A stretch of 64,000 bases of DNA from an uncultured bacterium (GCA_963827235.1 CAWHAE010000018.1:424078-488077); one strand, 5' to 3'. Positions 48,298-59,119 are shown, counted from the stretch's first letter. The notes: generated from the sequence alone by a model not told the origin. Numbers and translations are program-made.

Positions 48298-50752
48298 TCA
48301 GAAGGGAACCACCTCCAGCGAGCCGCCCGAGCTGACGGTTATGTGGCCGGCACGCGTGATGCTCCGCAGGTCTTGCTCGATCTCGCCCAGAAGCAACATC
48401 TGCGCCGGCGGGCTGACGATGCTCAAACCGGCAATCGGGGCACCCACGCTGAGTGAGCGCTCTGCTTTCCAGCGACGTACGGCATCGACCACCGAGAGTA
48501 TCGTGCGCCCAAGCTGCTCCGCTTTCTCGTCTATCGGGTAGGCGCGCGCATCGGGCCAGGGAGAGAGGTGAATCGAGATGGCGCCCTCGTGCCCCGCGAA
48601 GCCCTCGAGGTAGATCTCCTCGGCCACATGCGGTACGAACGGTGCCAGCATCTTGAGCACGGCCAGGAACGCGGCGCGCAAAGTCTGCGCCGCCGCGCAG
48701 CTTCCTGTGGCCGGGGCATGCGTGACGCGGTGCTTCACCAGCTCGAGATAAGTGTCGCAGAAGTCGCTCCAGAAGAAGCCCTCCGCGGCAGCGCGCGCCG
48801 TGGAGATCTCGTACTGGTCGAAAGCACTCGTGGCATGCCCGATGGTGCGCCCCAGCCGTGAGAGCAGCCAGCGGTCCGTCGGGGCAAGAGCTGTCACCGG
48901 GGCCACCGGCTCCCCGGCATGCAGGAGGACGAACCGCGCCGCGTTCCACAGCTTCGTCACCAGCCGGCTGCCTTGGCGGAACGCCTCGCCGGTCTTCATT
49001 GCCTGCTCGGCCAGAACTGTGTCGAACCCCGTGCGCACGCCCGCGGTCCAGTAGCGCACGGCGTCGGCGGAGAACCGTTCGATGGTTGGCAAGGGATCGG
49101 CCGCGGTCTGCAGCTTCGACTTGCTGATCTTCTGTCCCACGGGATTTAGCGCGTGGCCCGAGATCATCACCGCCTGCCACGGGATGCGACCCTCGTGGAA
49201 CAGGCTGCGCACGATCGTGTAGAAGTCCCAGGTGCGGATAATGTCGTGGGCGTTGGGGCGAAGGGACATGGGACCCTGCCAGGGCGGCACCGGCTCGTTT
49301 CCCTGGCCGTGGCCGGGTTCGCGGCCGGCATGCTGGGCCAGCGAGAGGCAGATCGCGGGGCTGATCGAGGAGGTTGCCCAGGTATCCATGACGTCGGTCT
49401 CAGGAACGAGATCCCGGCCGCCGCAGACCGGGCAGGGCGTTCCAGGCCGGCACTCGACCGGATCGACCGGCAGCCTCTCCCGGTCCGCGACGATCACGGC
49501 GTTGCAGCCGGCGCAGTACCAGACTGGGAACGGCACGCCAAACCGGCGTTGTCTGGAGACGTTCCAGTCCCAGCTCAGGTTGGCCACCCAGCTCTCGTAG
49601 CGCGCGTGCATGTGCGGCGGATACCAGGCGATCTCTCTGCCGGCCGCCAGAAAGCGTTCCTTGTGTTCCAGGATCTTGACGAACCACTGGAAAGCCACCA
49701 GATACTCGATGGGCGTGTCGCAGCGCTCGTGCACGCCCACGGTGTGCACCGTCTCCTGCCGCGCCAAGAGCAATCCGTGGCTCTCCAGGTCCTCGATGAC
49801 GCGGGCGCGAGCCCGGCGAACGCGAAGGCCCGCGTAGGGGCCTGCCAGCTCGTTCATCGTTCCGTCGCGGGCCACTGCCGCGCGGAGGGGCAGCTTGTGC
49901 TCGTACCACCATCGCACGTCCGTCACGTCGCCGAAGGTGCAGCACATCACGGCGCCGGTTCCTTTGTCCTGCTGCGCCCTGTAGTCCGCCAGGATAGGCA
50001 CCCGGTGCCCAAATAGCGGCACGGTGGCCTCTGCTCCCAAGAGCGCTTGGTATCGCCGGTCGTCGGGATGCACGAACACGGCCACGCACGCCGGCAGCAG
50101 CTCCGGACGCGTGGTAGCGATGCGGATCTCGCGGTCGTCGCCGACGGAAAAGGAGACGGTGACGAACGTGGCCGGCACGTCGTCCTTGTCGTTCACCTCG
50201 GCCTGCGCCACGGCCGTGCCGCACTCGGCGCACCACAGGGCCGGCGCTTCACGGCGCTCGGTCAGCCCGCGTTCCAGCAGGTCGAGAAAGGCCGCTTGTG
50301 CCAGCCGCCTCGATCGCTCGTCGATGGTCCTGTAGCGCAACCGCCAATCCATGCTCAGCCCGAGGCGCTTCCAGATCACCTCGAAGCGCTGCTCCACCTC
50401 CGCCGAAAGGTCGAGACAGGCGCTGATGAACGCCGCCCGACCGGCCTCGCGCGCCGTGATTCCCCGTGTGCGTTCCACGAAGCGCTCGGTTGGCAGCCCG
50501 TTGTCGTCGAAGCCGAGCGGGTAGAATACCTCTTCGCCGCGCATGCGATGGTAGCGAGCGGCAATATCCGCCTGCGTGTATGAGTAAACGTGGCCGATGT
50601 GAATCTGACCGGACACCGTGGTTGGCGGCGTGTCTACCGAGAACACCGGCCTTCCGGACGCCGGATTGAACTCAAATACCTGCAGCGCCGCCCAGCGTGC
50701 CTGCAGACGCGGCTCAGCTTCTCTGAAATCGTACCGTTCCTTCAGCTCCATC
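48298..50752 (-). CDS. valS: Valine--tRNA ligase, short archaeal/actinobacterial type
   Basis: DTPPTTVSGQIHIGH, GFDDNGLPTE, ATTRPELL, GTGAVMCCTFGD, DWNVSRQRRFGVPFP, KISKS; upstream T-box with a Val specifier. Confidence 0.96.
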
Positions 50753-50776
50753 GCCGCCACACTCCCAATAAGCAAC

Positions 50777-51042
50777 AAAAAACCCCGTCACCCTGAGGGA
50801 CGGGGTTGAAAACCCGCGGTACCACCCTGATTGGCTCGCGCATAGCGTGAGCCCGCTCGAACGGGTACGTGCACATACCCGCACCGGGATAACGGGCGGC
50901 GCGCCCGGCGACGCCTACCAGCAGATTACCGGCTCAGCGCGCGGCTCGGAAAGGACTCCGGCCCACCTCATGCCACCCCGTCGCAGCGATCCGGGGCTCT
51001 CTGGAGGCGATCGGGTAGGCCGTACTGTTTCCCTCGATGCCT
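50777..51042 (-). promoter_or_regulatory. T-box riboswitch (Val, GUC specifier) with intrinsic terminator
   Basis: Stem I with AGTA, AGAGAG bulge and GCTG loop; specifier GA-GUC at 50956-50954; CCGTTA F-box; AGGGTGGTACCGCG T-box (50828-50815); terminator AACCCCGTC...GACGGGGTT-TTTT (50807-50777); extended -10 TGG-TATGCT at 51058-51050. Confidence 0.95.
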
Positions 51043-51202
51043 TGCAGACAGCATACCACGTGCGGGGTCTCACGCCGATCCTGGGACCGCAGTCGTCTCG
51101 ACCGCCTCCGGACATGCCCGGCATGGCTTCCATCGGAGCGAGACGACAAGCCGTTGCGTCACACTGCCTGGGTGAGCCCGATCACGCCATGCAAGTCCAG
51201 CC

Positions 51203-51250
51203 GGTGCAGCGCATGCGTCCGCTTTCACATGGGCGGACATGCACTGCACC
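51203..51250 (-). terminator. Long hairpin downstream of the GH4 gene
   Basis: GGTGCAGTGCATGTCCGC...GCGGAC(GC)ATGCGCTGCACC; pairs better on the minus strand (G-U); no U-tract. Confidence 0.5.
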
Positions 51251-51312
51251 CATTCACAGATCGGCAGAGTGCCTCCGCGTGTCTTCCGGCAGCATGCCCG
51301 GCCGAGAAAGCC

Positions 51313-52731
51313 CTAACCGCGCCAGTGCCAGCGACCGTGGAACTGCGGCAGGTTGACGGCGTGCGTGGTCAGGATGTCGTCGAGCACCGCGCGCGCCACG
51401 TCGAGGTCGTCAACCGTGGGATCCACGGCCAGAGCCTGCAGTGCCACCTGCCGGTCTCCGGTTACCGCGGCGTCCACGACCAGCTCCACGCGCTCCGCCT
51501 CGCGGCGGCACAACTCGACGACGACCGGCGGCAGCTCGCCCACGCGCACCGGCAGCACGCCCATGCCGCTGATCACGACCGGCGTCTCGACGACAGTCTG
51601 CTCCGGAAGATTGGTGATCGCGTGATAGTTCGGCACGTCCGCGGCGTCGCGATAGAGGTTGGTGTTGTGGCTAACGCCGTCAATCACCTCGAACAGGCCC
51701 TCGCTCTGCGCGGACCGCAGCTCGTTGAGCTCCGGACCGCCATCATCCGCCAGTCGCGCGATCTGCAGCCAGCCGGTATCGCGATCCGCCGCCGCCTCAT
51801 CCCAGGGATAAAGATGCAGATCGTACCGCTCCCAGGGCTTCGTGATCGGATTGTGCGTGTAGTGCAGATACTCGCTCAGATGAGTGTCGCCGGGCACCGG
51901 CATACAGCCGGTCAGGCGCAGTATGTCTTTCGTCAGGGGCTCGCGGCCGCTCTTGTCGTTGAGCACCCGCTCGCGCAGCTCCGGATAGAGATCCTCGCCG
52001 GTCCGTCGGTCGCGCACGTCCAGCATCCAGGTGAAGTGGTTCAGGCCGGCTGCCTTGATGTCGAGCAATCCCTCGAGCTGAGATCGGAACGAGGCAATCT
52101 CGTCCCAGTAGGCTCGGGTGTGCGGCGTGCTCGGATCCTTGATCGGCGGCGGCAGCTCCAGGCCAAAATGGTCGGCGAGCGCCACGGCAGCCATGAGATA
52201 GCCGTAGCCGATCTGATGGCACAGGCCTACCGCCTTGATCGAGGTGTACTTGGCAACCGCCCGGCACAGGCGCGGCACCGGATTCGTGAGGTTGAGGAAC
52301 AGCGCGTTCGGGCACAGCTCCTCCATATCGCGGGCGATATCCATGATGTGCGGGATATTGCGCGCCGCGTGGGCAAGGCCGCCCGGACCGCCGTTTTCGG
52401 CGTAGGGCTGGCGCAGACCGTGTCGAAGGGTAAGCTGCCAGTCCTGCCGCCACAGCTCTTCGCGCGGCCCCACCTCGATGGTGCAGGCCACGAAGTCGGC
52501 GCCGTCCATCACGGCGCGGCGGTCCGTATGGCTCTCGATCGTCAGGCCCGCGTCCCACTCGCGATTCATGCGCTCCGCCAGGCGGTGCACCAGCTTGAGC
52601 CCCTCCGCGTTGAGATCCACGAGGGCCAGCGCGCTGCCGCGCAGGCTGGGCTCGCGCAAGAGCGTCGCCAGCGAGCTCAAGCCGAAGCTGGCACTGCCCG
52701 CTCCGATGATCACGACCTTGATTGCCTTCAT
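51313..52731 (-). CDS. Glycoside hydrolase family 4 (NAD+/Mn2+-dependent, alpha-galactosidase MelA-like)
   Basis: KVVIIGAGSASF, LNLTNP, VGLCH, AGLNHFTW, D.HLSEY, ITNLP....VETP, QALAVDP. Confidence 0.92.
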   Translation of the reverse strand: MKAIKVVIIGAGSASFGLSSLATLLREPSLRGSALALVDLNAEGLKLVHRLAERMNREWDAGLTIESHTDRRAVMDGADFVACTIEVGPREELWRQDWQLTLRHGLRQPYAENGGPGGLAHAARNIPHIMDIARDMEELCPNALFLNLTNPVPRLCRAVAKYTSIKAVGLCHQIGYGYLMAAVALADHFGLELPPPIKDPSTPHTRAYWDEIASFRSQLEGLLDIKAAGLNHFTWMLDVRDRRTGEDLYPELRERVLNDKSGREPLTKDILRLTGCMPVPGDTHLSEYLHYTHNPITKPWERYDLHLYPWDEAAADRDTGWLQIARLADDGGPELNELRSAQSEGLFEVIDGVSHNTNLYRDAADVPNYHAITNLPEQTVVETPVVISGMGVLPVRVGELPPVVVELCRREAERVELVVDAAVTGDRQVALQALAVDPTVDDLDVARAVLDDILTTHAVNLPQFHGRWHWRG

Positions 52732-52777
52732 ACTCAGGTCTATTCCTTTCCTACCGCTTCAGCCTCAGGAGGCAACA

Positions 52778-53818
52778 CTAGGCGGCGTCGTCACGCGTGG
52801 CGACATGGCAGGCCGCGTAATGCTGGGATCGCAGCTCACGCAGCTTGGGTGTCACTCTGCCGCACTCGGCGACGGCCATGGGGCAACGCTCGCGGAAACG
52901 GCACCCCTCGCTCGGATTGACCACGCGCGGCGGCTCACCCGTCTCGCTCGCCGGCCCGATGGTTATCTCCGCCCGCGGATCGGGCACGGCCGACAGCAGC
53001 AGCTGTGTATAGGGGTGCTTGGCATGACTCAGCACGTCTTCCACAGGTCCCTGCTCGACCACGTGACCGCCGTACATCACGAACATGCGATCCGCCACGT
53101 AGCGTGCGCTGGCAATGTCGTGCGTGATGTAGAGGAACGACACGCCCTGTTCGTCGCGTAAGCCTGCCATCAGGTTGAGCAATCCGATGCGAATGGAGAC
53201 GTCGAGCATCGACACGGGCTCGTCCGCCAGGATCAGTTCCGGTCCGCAAGCCAGGGCGGCAGCAAAGCCGATTCGCTGACGCTGTCCGCCGCTCAGCTCG
53301 TATGGGAATTTGCCGATGAACTCCGAGGCCGGCGTCAGCCCGACGATCGTCAGACTCTGTTCCACGATCGCCCGCCGTTCCCTCGCACTATGTCCACGAT
53401 TGTGCAGTTGCAGGGCGCGGAAGATGCCGTGCGACGCGGGGTAGATGGGATTGATCGAGCTGTACGGATCCTGCAGCACCATTTGCACGCGACTGCGATA
53501 AGACATGCGGGCGTGCCGCGAGCGCAGCGACTGCACAGGCTGGCCGCGGTAGCGAATCTCACCCGCCGTCGGTCGATACAGCATGGCCAGCAGGCGTGCC
53601 ACGGTACTCTTGCCGCTACCGCTCTCGCCGACCAGCGCCACGATCTCGCGCGGGTAGATGGCCAGATCCACGTCGTCGACCGCGTGCAGCAGGCGGCGCG
53701 GCGCGAAGGGGTGAGCAAGACCGCCCACCGGGAAGTGCTTGGTCAGCCCCCGTGCTTCCAGTATCGCCCCAGATCCGCGGCCCTCCACATCTTGCCGCGG
53801 CGCGGCATCGCTCATCAT
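52778..53818 (-). CDS. Opp/Dpp-family ABC ATP-binding subunit (OppF-like)
   Basis: GESGSGKS, QDPYSS, LSGGQRQR, ADEPVSMLD, HPYT, GCRF..RCP. Confidence 0.95.
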   Translation of the reverse strand: MMSDAAPRQDVEGRGSGAILEARGLTKHFPVGGLAHPFAPRRLLHAVDDVDLAIYPREIVALVGESGSGKSTVARLLAMLYRPTAGEIRYRGQPVQSLRSRHARMSYRSRVQMVLQDPYSSINPIYPASHGIFRALQLHNRGHSARERRAIVEQSLTIVGLTPASEFIGKFPYELSGGQRQRIGFAAALACGPELILADEPVSMLDVSIRIGLLNLMAGLRDEQGVSFLYITHDIASARYVADRMFVMYGGHVVEQGPVEDVLSHAKHPYTQLLLSAVPDPRAEITIGPASETGEPPRVVNPSEGCRFRERCPMAVAECGRVTPKLRELRSQHYAACHVATRDDAA

Positions 53819-54801
53819 TGGCCCACCGCTTCCTGTTTGGCGAATAGATGGCAGCGTACGATGTCCCGATCTGCCAACGTGACGGCAGCAGGCTCGAGCT
53901 CCACGCAGCGTTCATGCACGAGGGGGCAGCGCGGATTGAAGCGGCAACCCGGCGGCGGAAAGCGCAGGTCGGGCGGGCTGCCGGGAATGCCGAGCAGACG
54001 CTGCTTCTCACCGTGAATCGAGGGAAAGGCCTGCAGCAACCCCGTGCTGTACGGATGCTTCGGATCGCGGAACAGGGCCCGCGTCGAGCCGAGCTCCACG
54101 ATCTGGCCTGCGTACATGATTGCGACGCGATCGGCGAAGTTGCTGACCAGGGACATGTCGTGGGTGACGAAGATCACGGCGAAGCCGAGCTGCTTCTGCA
54201 GATCGAGGATCTGCTTCATCAGGGCGCGCTGGGCGACCACGTCCAGGGCCGACGTCGGCTCGTCCATGATGATCAGGTTTGGTGTGAAGACGAGCGCCAT
54301 GGCGATCATGGCGCGCTGCCGCATACCGCCGCTGAGTTGATGTGGATAGCTCTGCAGGTGCAAGGGGTCGATTCTCACCAGGCGGAGGACCTCAGCCGCG
54401 CGCTCCCGCGCTTTTTGCTTCGAGACTCGCTCGTGCGCCTGCATGGCGTCGACCAGTTGGGCGCCCACCGTCATCACCGGATTGAGCGCATTCATCGCAC
54501 TCTGCATGACCACGGAATACTCGCGCCAGCGCAGGTGCCGTAGCTGCCCTTCGCGCAATTGCACCAGGTCCTTGCCGGCGAAGCGTACGCTTCCTGCCGT
54601 GATCTCAGCCGGCGGCGACAGCAGCCGCGCAATGGCAAAGCAGAGGGTGGACTTGCCGCAGCCCGACTCTCCCACCACGCCCAGGAACTCGCCTTTGCCG
54701 ACTGAGAGACTGACCCGGTCGACGGCGCGAACGACACTCTTCTCGCCGACATAGTCGACCACGAGGTCTTGCACCTCAAGAATGGGCGACGCGCCGTCCA
54801 C
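53815..54801 (-). CDS. Opp/Dpp-family ABC ATP-binding subunit (OppD-like)
   Basis: GESGCGKS, QSAMNALNP, YPHQLSGGMRQR, DEPTSALD, GCRFNPRCP. Confidence 0.95.
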   Translation of the reverse strand: MDGASPILEVQDLVVDYVGEKSVVRAVDRVSLSVGKGEFLGVVGESGCGKSTLCFAIARLLSPPAEITAGSVRFAGKDLVQLREGQLRHLRWREYSVVMQSAMNALNPVMTVGAQLVDAMQAHERVSKQKARERAAEVLRLVRIDPLHLQSYPHQLSGGMRQRAMIAMALVFTPNLIIMDEPTSALDVVAQRALMKQILDLQKQLGFAVIFVTHDMSLVSNFADRVAIMYAGQIVELGSTRALFRDPKHPYSTGLLQAFPSIHGEKQRLLGIPGSPPDLRFPPPGCRFNPRCPLVHERCVELEPAAVTLADRDIVRCHLFAKQEAVGQ

Positions 54802-54897
54802 GCTTCCTCCTCAATGCATGCAGAGCAGCATTGCCGATTTCGTCAAAGCCGTAATCCGCGGGAGCGGATACCGAGTCGCCTAGTAGCATGGTGTTAC

Positions 54898-55878
54898 TCA
54901 CGCGCGTCGCTCCTCGACGACGGCAGCAGACATGCTGCTGGGCGACCGCTTCCGCTTGCGCCGGACCGCGCGTAAGGCCGGGTTGCCGATTTCGTCGAAC
55001 GCGTAGTTGAGCAGAGCGAACGAGGCGCCCAGGAGGGCGATGCAGACACCGGGCATGATAGCCCAGGCCGGCGCCGCGCCGGAGGCTAACGCCTCATTGT
55101 TCTCAGCCCAGTAGAGCATCGTGCCCCAGCTCAGGTCGTTGACGTTGCCCAGGCCGAGGAACTGCAGTCCCGCCGCCGCCAGCACCGAGTAGAGGGCAGC
55201 TCCCAGGAAGTTGGCGGCGATCAGCGAGATCATCGTCGGCAACATCTCGAAGACGATGATATACGCCGTGTGTTCGCCCCGGATCCGCGCCGCCTCCAGG
55301 AAGTCCCTGTTTCGGAGAGAGAGCGCCTGGGAGCGCAGCTGCCGGGCGCCGAACGACCAGCCTGTAATCACGATCACGAAGATAATTACGTTGGCGCCGC
55401 CGCCTTTGAAGTAAGTGGCTATGACGATCATCAGAGGCAGCTGCGGCATCACCAGAAAGATGTCGGTGATCAACGACAGCACGAGGTCCGTCACGCCGCC
55501 GCGATAGGCCGCTGTCAGGCCAACCAGCACCGAGATGATCGTCGCCATCAGGCCGGCCACGATGCCGATTACCAGCGATTGGCGCGCTCCCCACACCAGC
55601 TGCGAGAAGACGTCCTGGCCATACGCCGTGGTGCCGAGGAGGTGGCCCGCCGACAGGGGCATCGTGGGCCCGAATGCGTCCGCTGTCGGATCATAGGGCG
55701 CGATGAAGGATGCACCCAGCGCCATCACGACAAAGATCAGCATCAACAGGCCGCCGGCCAAGGCCTTGGGATTGGAGACAACTGCCGAACCCAGAGCCCT
55801 GAGCCCGCGCAGACGCACGACCCGATGCGACAGGCCGGGAGCCGGCGGTTGTGCGCCGGTGACCACGCTCGTGCTCAT
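54898..55878 (-). CDS. Opp/Dpp-family ABC permease (OppC-like)
   Basis: APYDP, HLLGTTAYGQDVFSQL..GARQSL, DFLEAARIRGE, LQFLGLG, SWGTML. Confidence 0.94.
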   Translation of the reverse strand: MSTSVVTGAQPPAPGLSHRVVRLRGLRALGSAVVSNPKALAGGLLMLIFVVMALGASFIAPYDPTADAFGPTMPLSAGHLLGTTAYGQDVFSQLVWGARQSLVIGIVAGLMATIISVLVGLTAAYRGGVTDLVLSLITDIFLVMPQLPLMIVIATYFKGGGANVIIFVIVITGWSFGARQLRSQALSLRNRDFLEAARIRGEHTAYIIVFEMLPTMISLIAANFLGAALYSVLAAAGLQFLGLGNVNDLSWGTMLYWAENNEALASGAAPAWAIMPGVCIALLGASFALLNYAFDEIGNPALRAVRRKRKRSPSSMSAAVVEERRA

Positions 55879-55971
55879 TCCCGTGACTCTCTTCGTAGTG
55901 GACGGCTGAACACGCTCACATCATCTCCACTCTGGCGGCAAGAGCAGCACCGAGTTCCATAATCGCCGCCT

Positions 55972-56955
55972 TCACGCCCGCTCGCGGGTGCGCGGATCGA
56001 GCAATGCATTGGCCAGGTCCGAGAGCAGCACCGCCACCAGCACGGCCACGGTAATCAGCAGGAAGATCGCCTGCATCAACGGGTAGTCTTCGTTTACCAC
56101 CGCCTGGTAGAGCAGGTCGCCAATACCCGGATAGGTGAATACGTACTCGGTCAGCAGCGCGCCGCTGAGCACAAAACCGAGCGACATAGCAAACCCGGTG
56201 ATGTTGGGCAGCACCGCATTGCGCCCGGCATACAGGATCATGATTCGCATAGAGGAAAGGCCTTTGGCGCGCGCCATGCGCACATAATCCTCGGACAACG
56301 TGGTGATCATGTTGTTGCGCATGGTCAGGATCCAGCCGCCGATCGAAGTGATGATGATGGTCAGGGCCGGCAGCACGGCGTGGTAGAGCAGCTGGCCGAT
56401 AAACGACCATGAAAGGCTGACGGTGACGCCGACGTCGACGGCAAAACCGATAGGGAACCAACCCAAAACCACGGAGAAGACGTAGATGCCAAGCAGACCG
56501 AGCCAGAAGTACGGGAACGCGGAAATCACGACAAACACCGGAGGCAGCAGCGCGTCGGTAATACCGCCGCGCCTCCAGGCCGAGATCATGCCTGCGAGAG
56601 TGCCCAGGATGAACGAGATGATCGTGGTGATGCCGATTAGTCCGAGCGTGTAGGGCAGCGCCTGCAGAACTACCTGGCTCACCGGATTGGGGAATTGGGT
56701 CAGTGAGTCGCCGAAGCGACCATGCAGGACGTTGTTCAGATAGTTGACATACTGCACCGGCAGGCTGTCGTGCGTGTTTACCCCAAAGGCAATCTCCAGC
56801 GCCTTGATTGCCTGCGGGTTGACATCACCCTTGAAGCGCGACATCATGGCCTGCGCGGGGTTCCCCGGCATCAGGCGCGGCAGGAAAAAGTTGATCGTCA
56901 GCGCCGCCCACAGAGTGACGAGGAAGAAGCCGAGGCGCCGCCCGAGATAAGCCAT
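55972..56955 (-). CDS. Opp/Dpp-family ABC permease (OppB-like)
   Basis: PRLMPGNP, QY..YL..., EDYVRMARAKGL, TEYVFTYPGIG, DYPLMQ, LDPR. Confidence 0.95.
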   Translation of the reverse strand: MAYLGRRLGFFLVTLWAALTINFFLPRLMPGNPAQAMMSRFKGDVNPQAIKALEIAFGVNTHDSLPVQYVNYLNNVLHGRFGDSLTQFPNPVSQVVLQALPYTLGLIGITTIISFILGTLAGMISAWRRGGITDALLPPVFVVISAFPYFWLGLLGIYVFSVVLGWFPIGFAVDVGVTVSLSWSFIGQLLYHAVLPALTIIITSIGGWILTMRNNMITTLSEDYVRMARAKGLSSMRIMILYAGRNAVLPNITGFAMSLGFVLSGALLTEYVFTYPGIGDLLYQAVVNEDYPLMQAIFLLITVAVLVAVLLSDLANALLDPRTRERA

Positions 56956-56997
56956 CTGTTGACTCGCTCTCTTGGTTGCCGGAATTGAGTCCTGGCG

Positions 56998-57031
56998 CCG
57001 TGGTGGGCGCCGCGCGGGGCGCCCACCACGG
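56998..57031 (-). terminator. Intercistronic stem-loop after the Opp-family SBP gene
   Basis: Perfect 14-bp stem CCGTGGTGGGCGCC/GGCGCCCACCACGG with a 6-nt loop. Confidence 0.7.
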
Positions 57032-57075
57032 TGGCTGTGCGATTGCCGGCTTCACCTACCGGCAGAATGGTCTCC

Positions 57076-58774
57076 TCACACCGGCTTCAGGTTGAGCATC
57101 ACGACCTCCCAGTCGGGAGTGTCATAGGGCGCCGGAGCCGCGTACGGGTTGGCCGGCGTGGGCCACCCTGTGAAGTTCTTGGTGCTCCATTGGAACCAGG
57201 ACACGCTCTCGGTCACCGGGATCACCGGCACGTCCTCCAGGTAGATAGCCTGGAGCTTGTCGACGATCGCGTGCTGCGTCGCGCTGTCGGTGGTCGCCGT
57301 GAACTGGAGCAGCAGCTTGTCGGTCGCGGGGTTGATATAGCGCTCGAAATTGCTGTAGGCGGGCTTGCCGATCGGCGCCGAATTGCCGCTGAAGAGCACG
57401 CTCTGGAAGGTGTAGTACGGGTTGGGGCCCGCGTGGTCGTTGGTGTAGGCCAGCTGGAAGTCGCCGTTGCGCTGGCGGGAGTTCACGGCCGTGCTGGCGA
57501 GGCCAACAACGTTGAGCTGAATGCCTACCTGCTTCAGCTCCTGGCTGGCCACCTGCATGCAGGCAATCCAGTCAGTGTTGCCGCTCACGGTGATCACGTC
57601 GAAGGAGAGCGGCTTGCCCTGCGGCGTCTGGAAGATGCCCGAGCTATTCTTCTTGTAACCTGCGGCCTGCAGGATGGACATGGCCTTCTGCGGATTGAAC
57701 GTGTAGTTGTACTTGGCCGCGAGACTGGTATCCATCCAGTCCTTGAAGTTCGGCAGCAGGATGCCGGTCTGGTTCGCGGGCGGCTCGTAGCCGTATTCGC
57801 CAATCTGCGAGATCTTGGTGCGGTCGATGCCGTAGGCCAGCGCCTGGCGCACGGCCTTGTCCTTCAGAATCGGGTCAGTCAGATTGATGAACAGGTTGAC
57901 GTTCCGGTGTGGCGGATACCAGTAGTGGTTGTGGGCTTTGTCCTTCGCCACGTAGTAGGAATCCACGCTCGGAATGAACTGACCGCCCCAGTCGGCCTTA
58001 CCCTCGGCGAGGTAAAGGTTGGCAGGCTGGTTGTCCAGGAAGGCCGGATACTCGATCTTGATCGACTAGTGGCTTGCCGGGCTGCCAGTAATTGGGGTTC
58101 TTGACGTAGATCAGGTTCATCGGCGTGGTCTGCGGGCTGAGCATGTACGGGCCGGTGCCGATGGGGGCCTTGTCGGCGTAGGTGACCGGGTCGGCGATCT
58201 TGGACCAGACGTGCTGGGCCACGATGCCTTCCTGGTCGGCAACGTAGTAGAACCAGGGCACGGCCGGCTGCGTGAAGCTGAAGACGACGTCGTTGCCCTG
58301 CTGCGTCACACTCTTGAGCACCGACCATACAGACTGCAGGTCCAGCGCCGGGTACTTCTTCAACAGGTTGAACGTGAAGGCCACGTCGGCTGCCGAGAAC
58401 GGCTGTCCGTCGGACCACTTGACGCCCTGGCGAATGGTAAACGTGAGCGTCTTGTCGTCCGCGCTCCACTTATACGCGGTGGCGAGCCACGGGGTTGATT
58501 GCCCGGTGATGGTGTTCACGAAGACGAGCGGCTCGTAAATCAGGCCGATCGACTCGCCCCCTTGGTCGCCGGTGTAGGGGCTGCAGCACGCCCACGGACC
58601 GCCGCTCTCGTTGTCGATGACCAGCGTGGAGCCCGTGCTCGCCGCGGTCGCATGATGCATGCCGGTGGGCGCTAGGCTCGAGCCGCCTACCAGCCCAACC
58701 ACCAGTACGGATGCCAGCGCGAATGATCGAATAGGCCTTGACACGCCTCCAAAGATTCCGCTGAGTCTAGCCAC
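57076..58774 (-). CDS. Family-5 (OppA-like) substrate-binding protein, probably oligosaccharide-binding; frameshifted near 58061
   Basis: IYEPL, PWLA..YKW, VKWSDGQPFSAADVAFTF, GTGPY, KNPNYW in 57998-58774. Removing one base continues VDKIEYPAFLDNQ into VRQALAYGIDR (57076-57966). AAGGAGG RBS before GTG. Confidence 0.9.
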
Positions 58775-59078
58775 GTTTCATGGCCTCCTTCCCACTCCTG
58801 GAGTTAGAACACGAACTGAGCGCCGATGAAGCACGGTGTGCCATAGGGGCGCGGACCGCCGCGCCGGGAGCGCGCCGCAGCCAAGTCGGCCGCGACAATG
58901 CGCATGTCTGTGTGGCCTTCACGCTATTCGTCGAGGGTGCTGGATCCCCCCCTTCCCAAGAGCAGCTCCGCCGCGTTCTTGGCCGAGCTCACTAAGGTGG
59001 GCAACTCCGGGCAAAACCGGACAGACTGTACATGAAGCCCTTCAATGTACGAGCCGCCTCGCGGTACCACCTTGCATA

Positions 59079-59103
59079 ACTTTGTTACGGACCATAACAT
59101 AGT
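59079..59103. promoter_or_regulatory. ROK (XylR-type) operator
   Basis: 25-bp ACTTTGTTA-N7-TAACATAGT (one mismatch) overlapping the -10 box, next to a ROK gene. Confidence 0.8.
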
Positions 59104-59119
59104 CCATGGGGCTTGTCAA
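59091..59119 (-). promoter_or_regulatory. sigma70 promoter of the Opp-GH4 operon
   Basis: TTGACA (59119-59114), 17 bp, TATGGT (59096-59091) with TG-n extension. Confidence 0.72.

Noticed and set aside
51037-52920. 627-aa plus-strand ORF and similar long antisense ORFs (2862-4190, 23587-24846, 59116-60285)
   Set aside because: Stop-poor shadow frames opposite well-supported genes, expected at high GC; no motifs.
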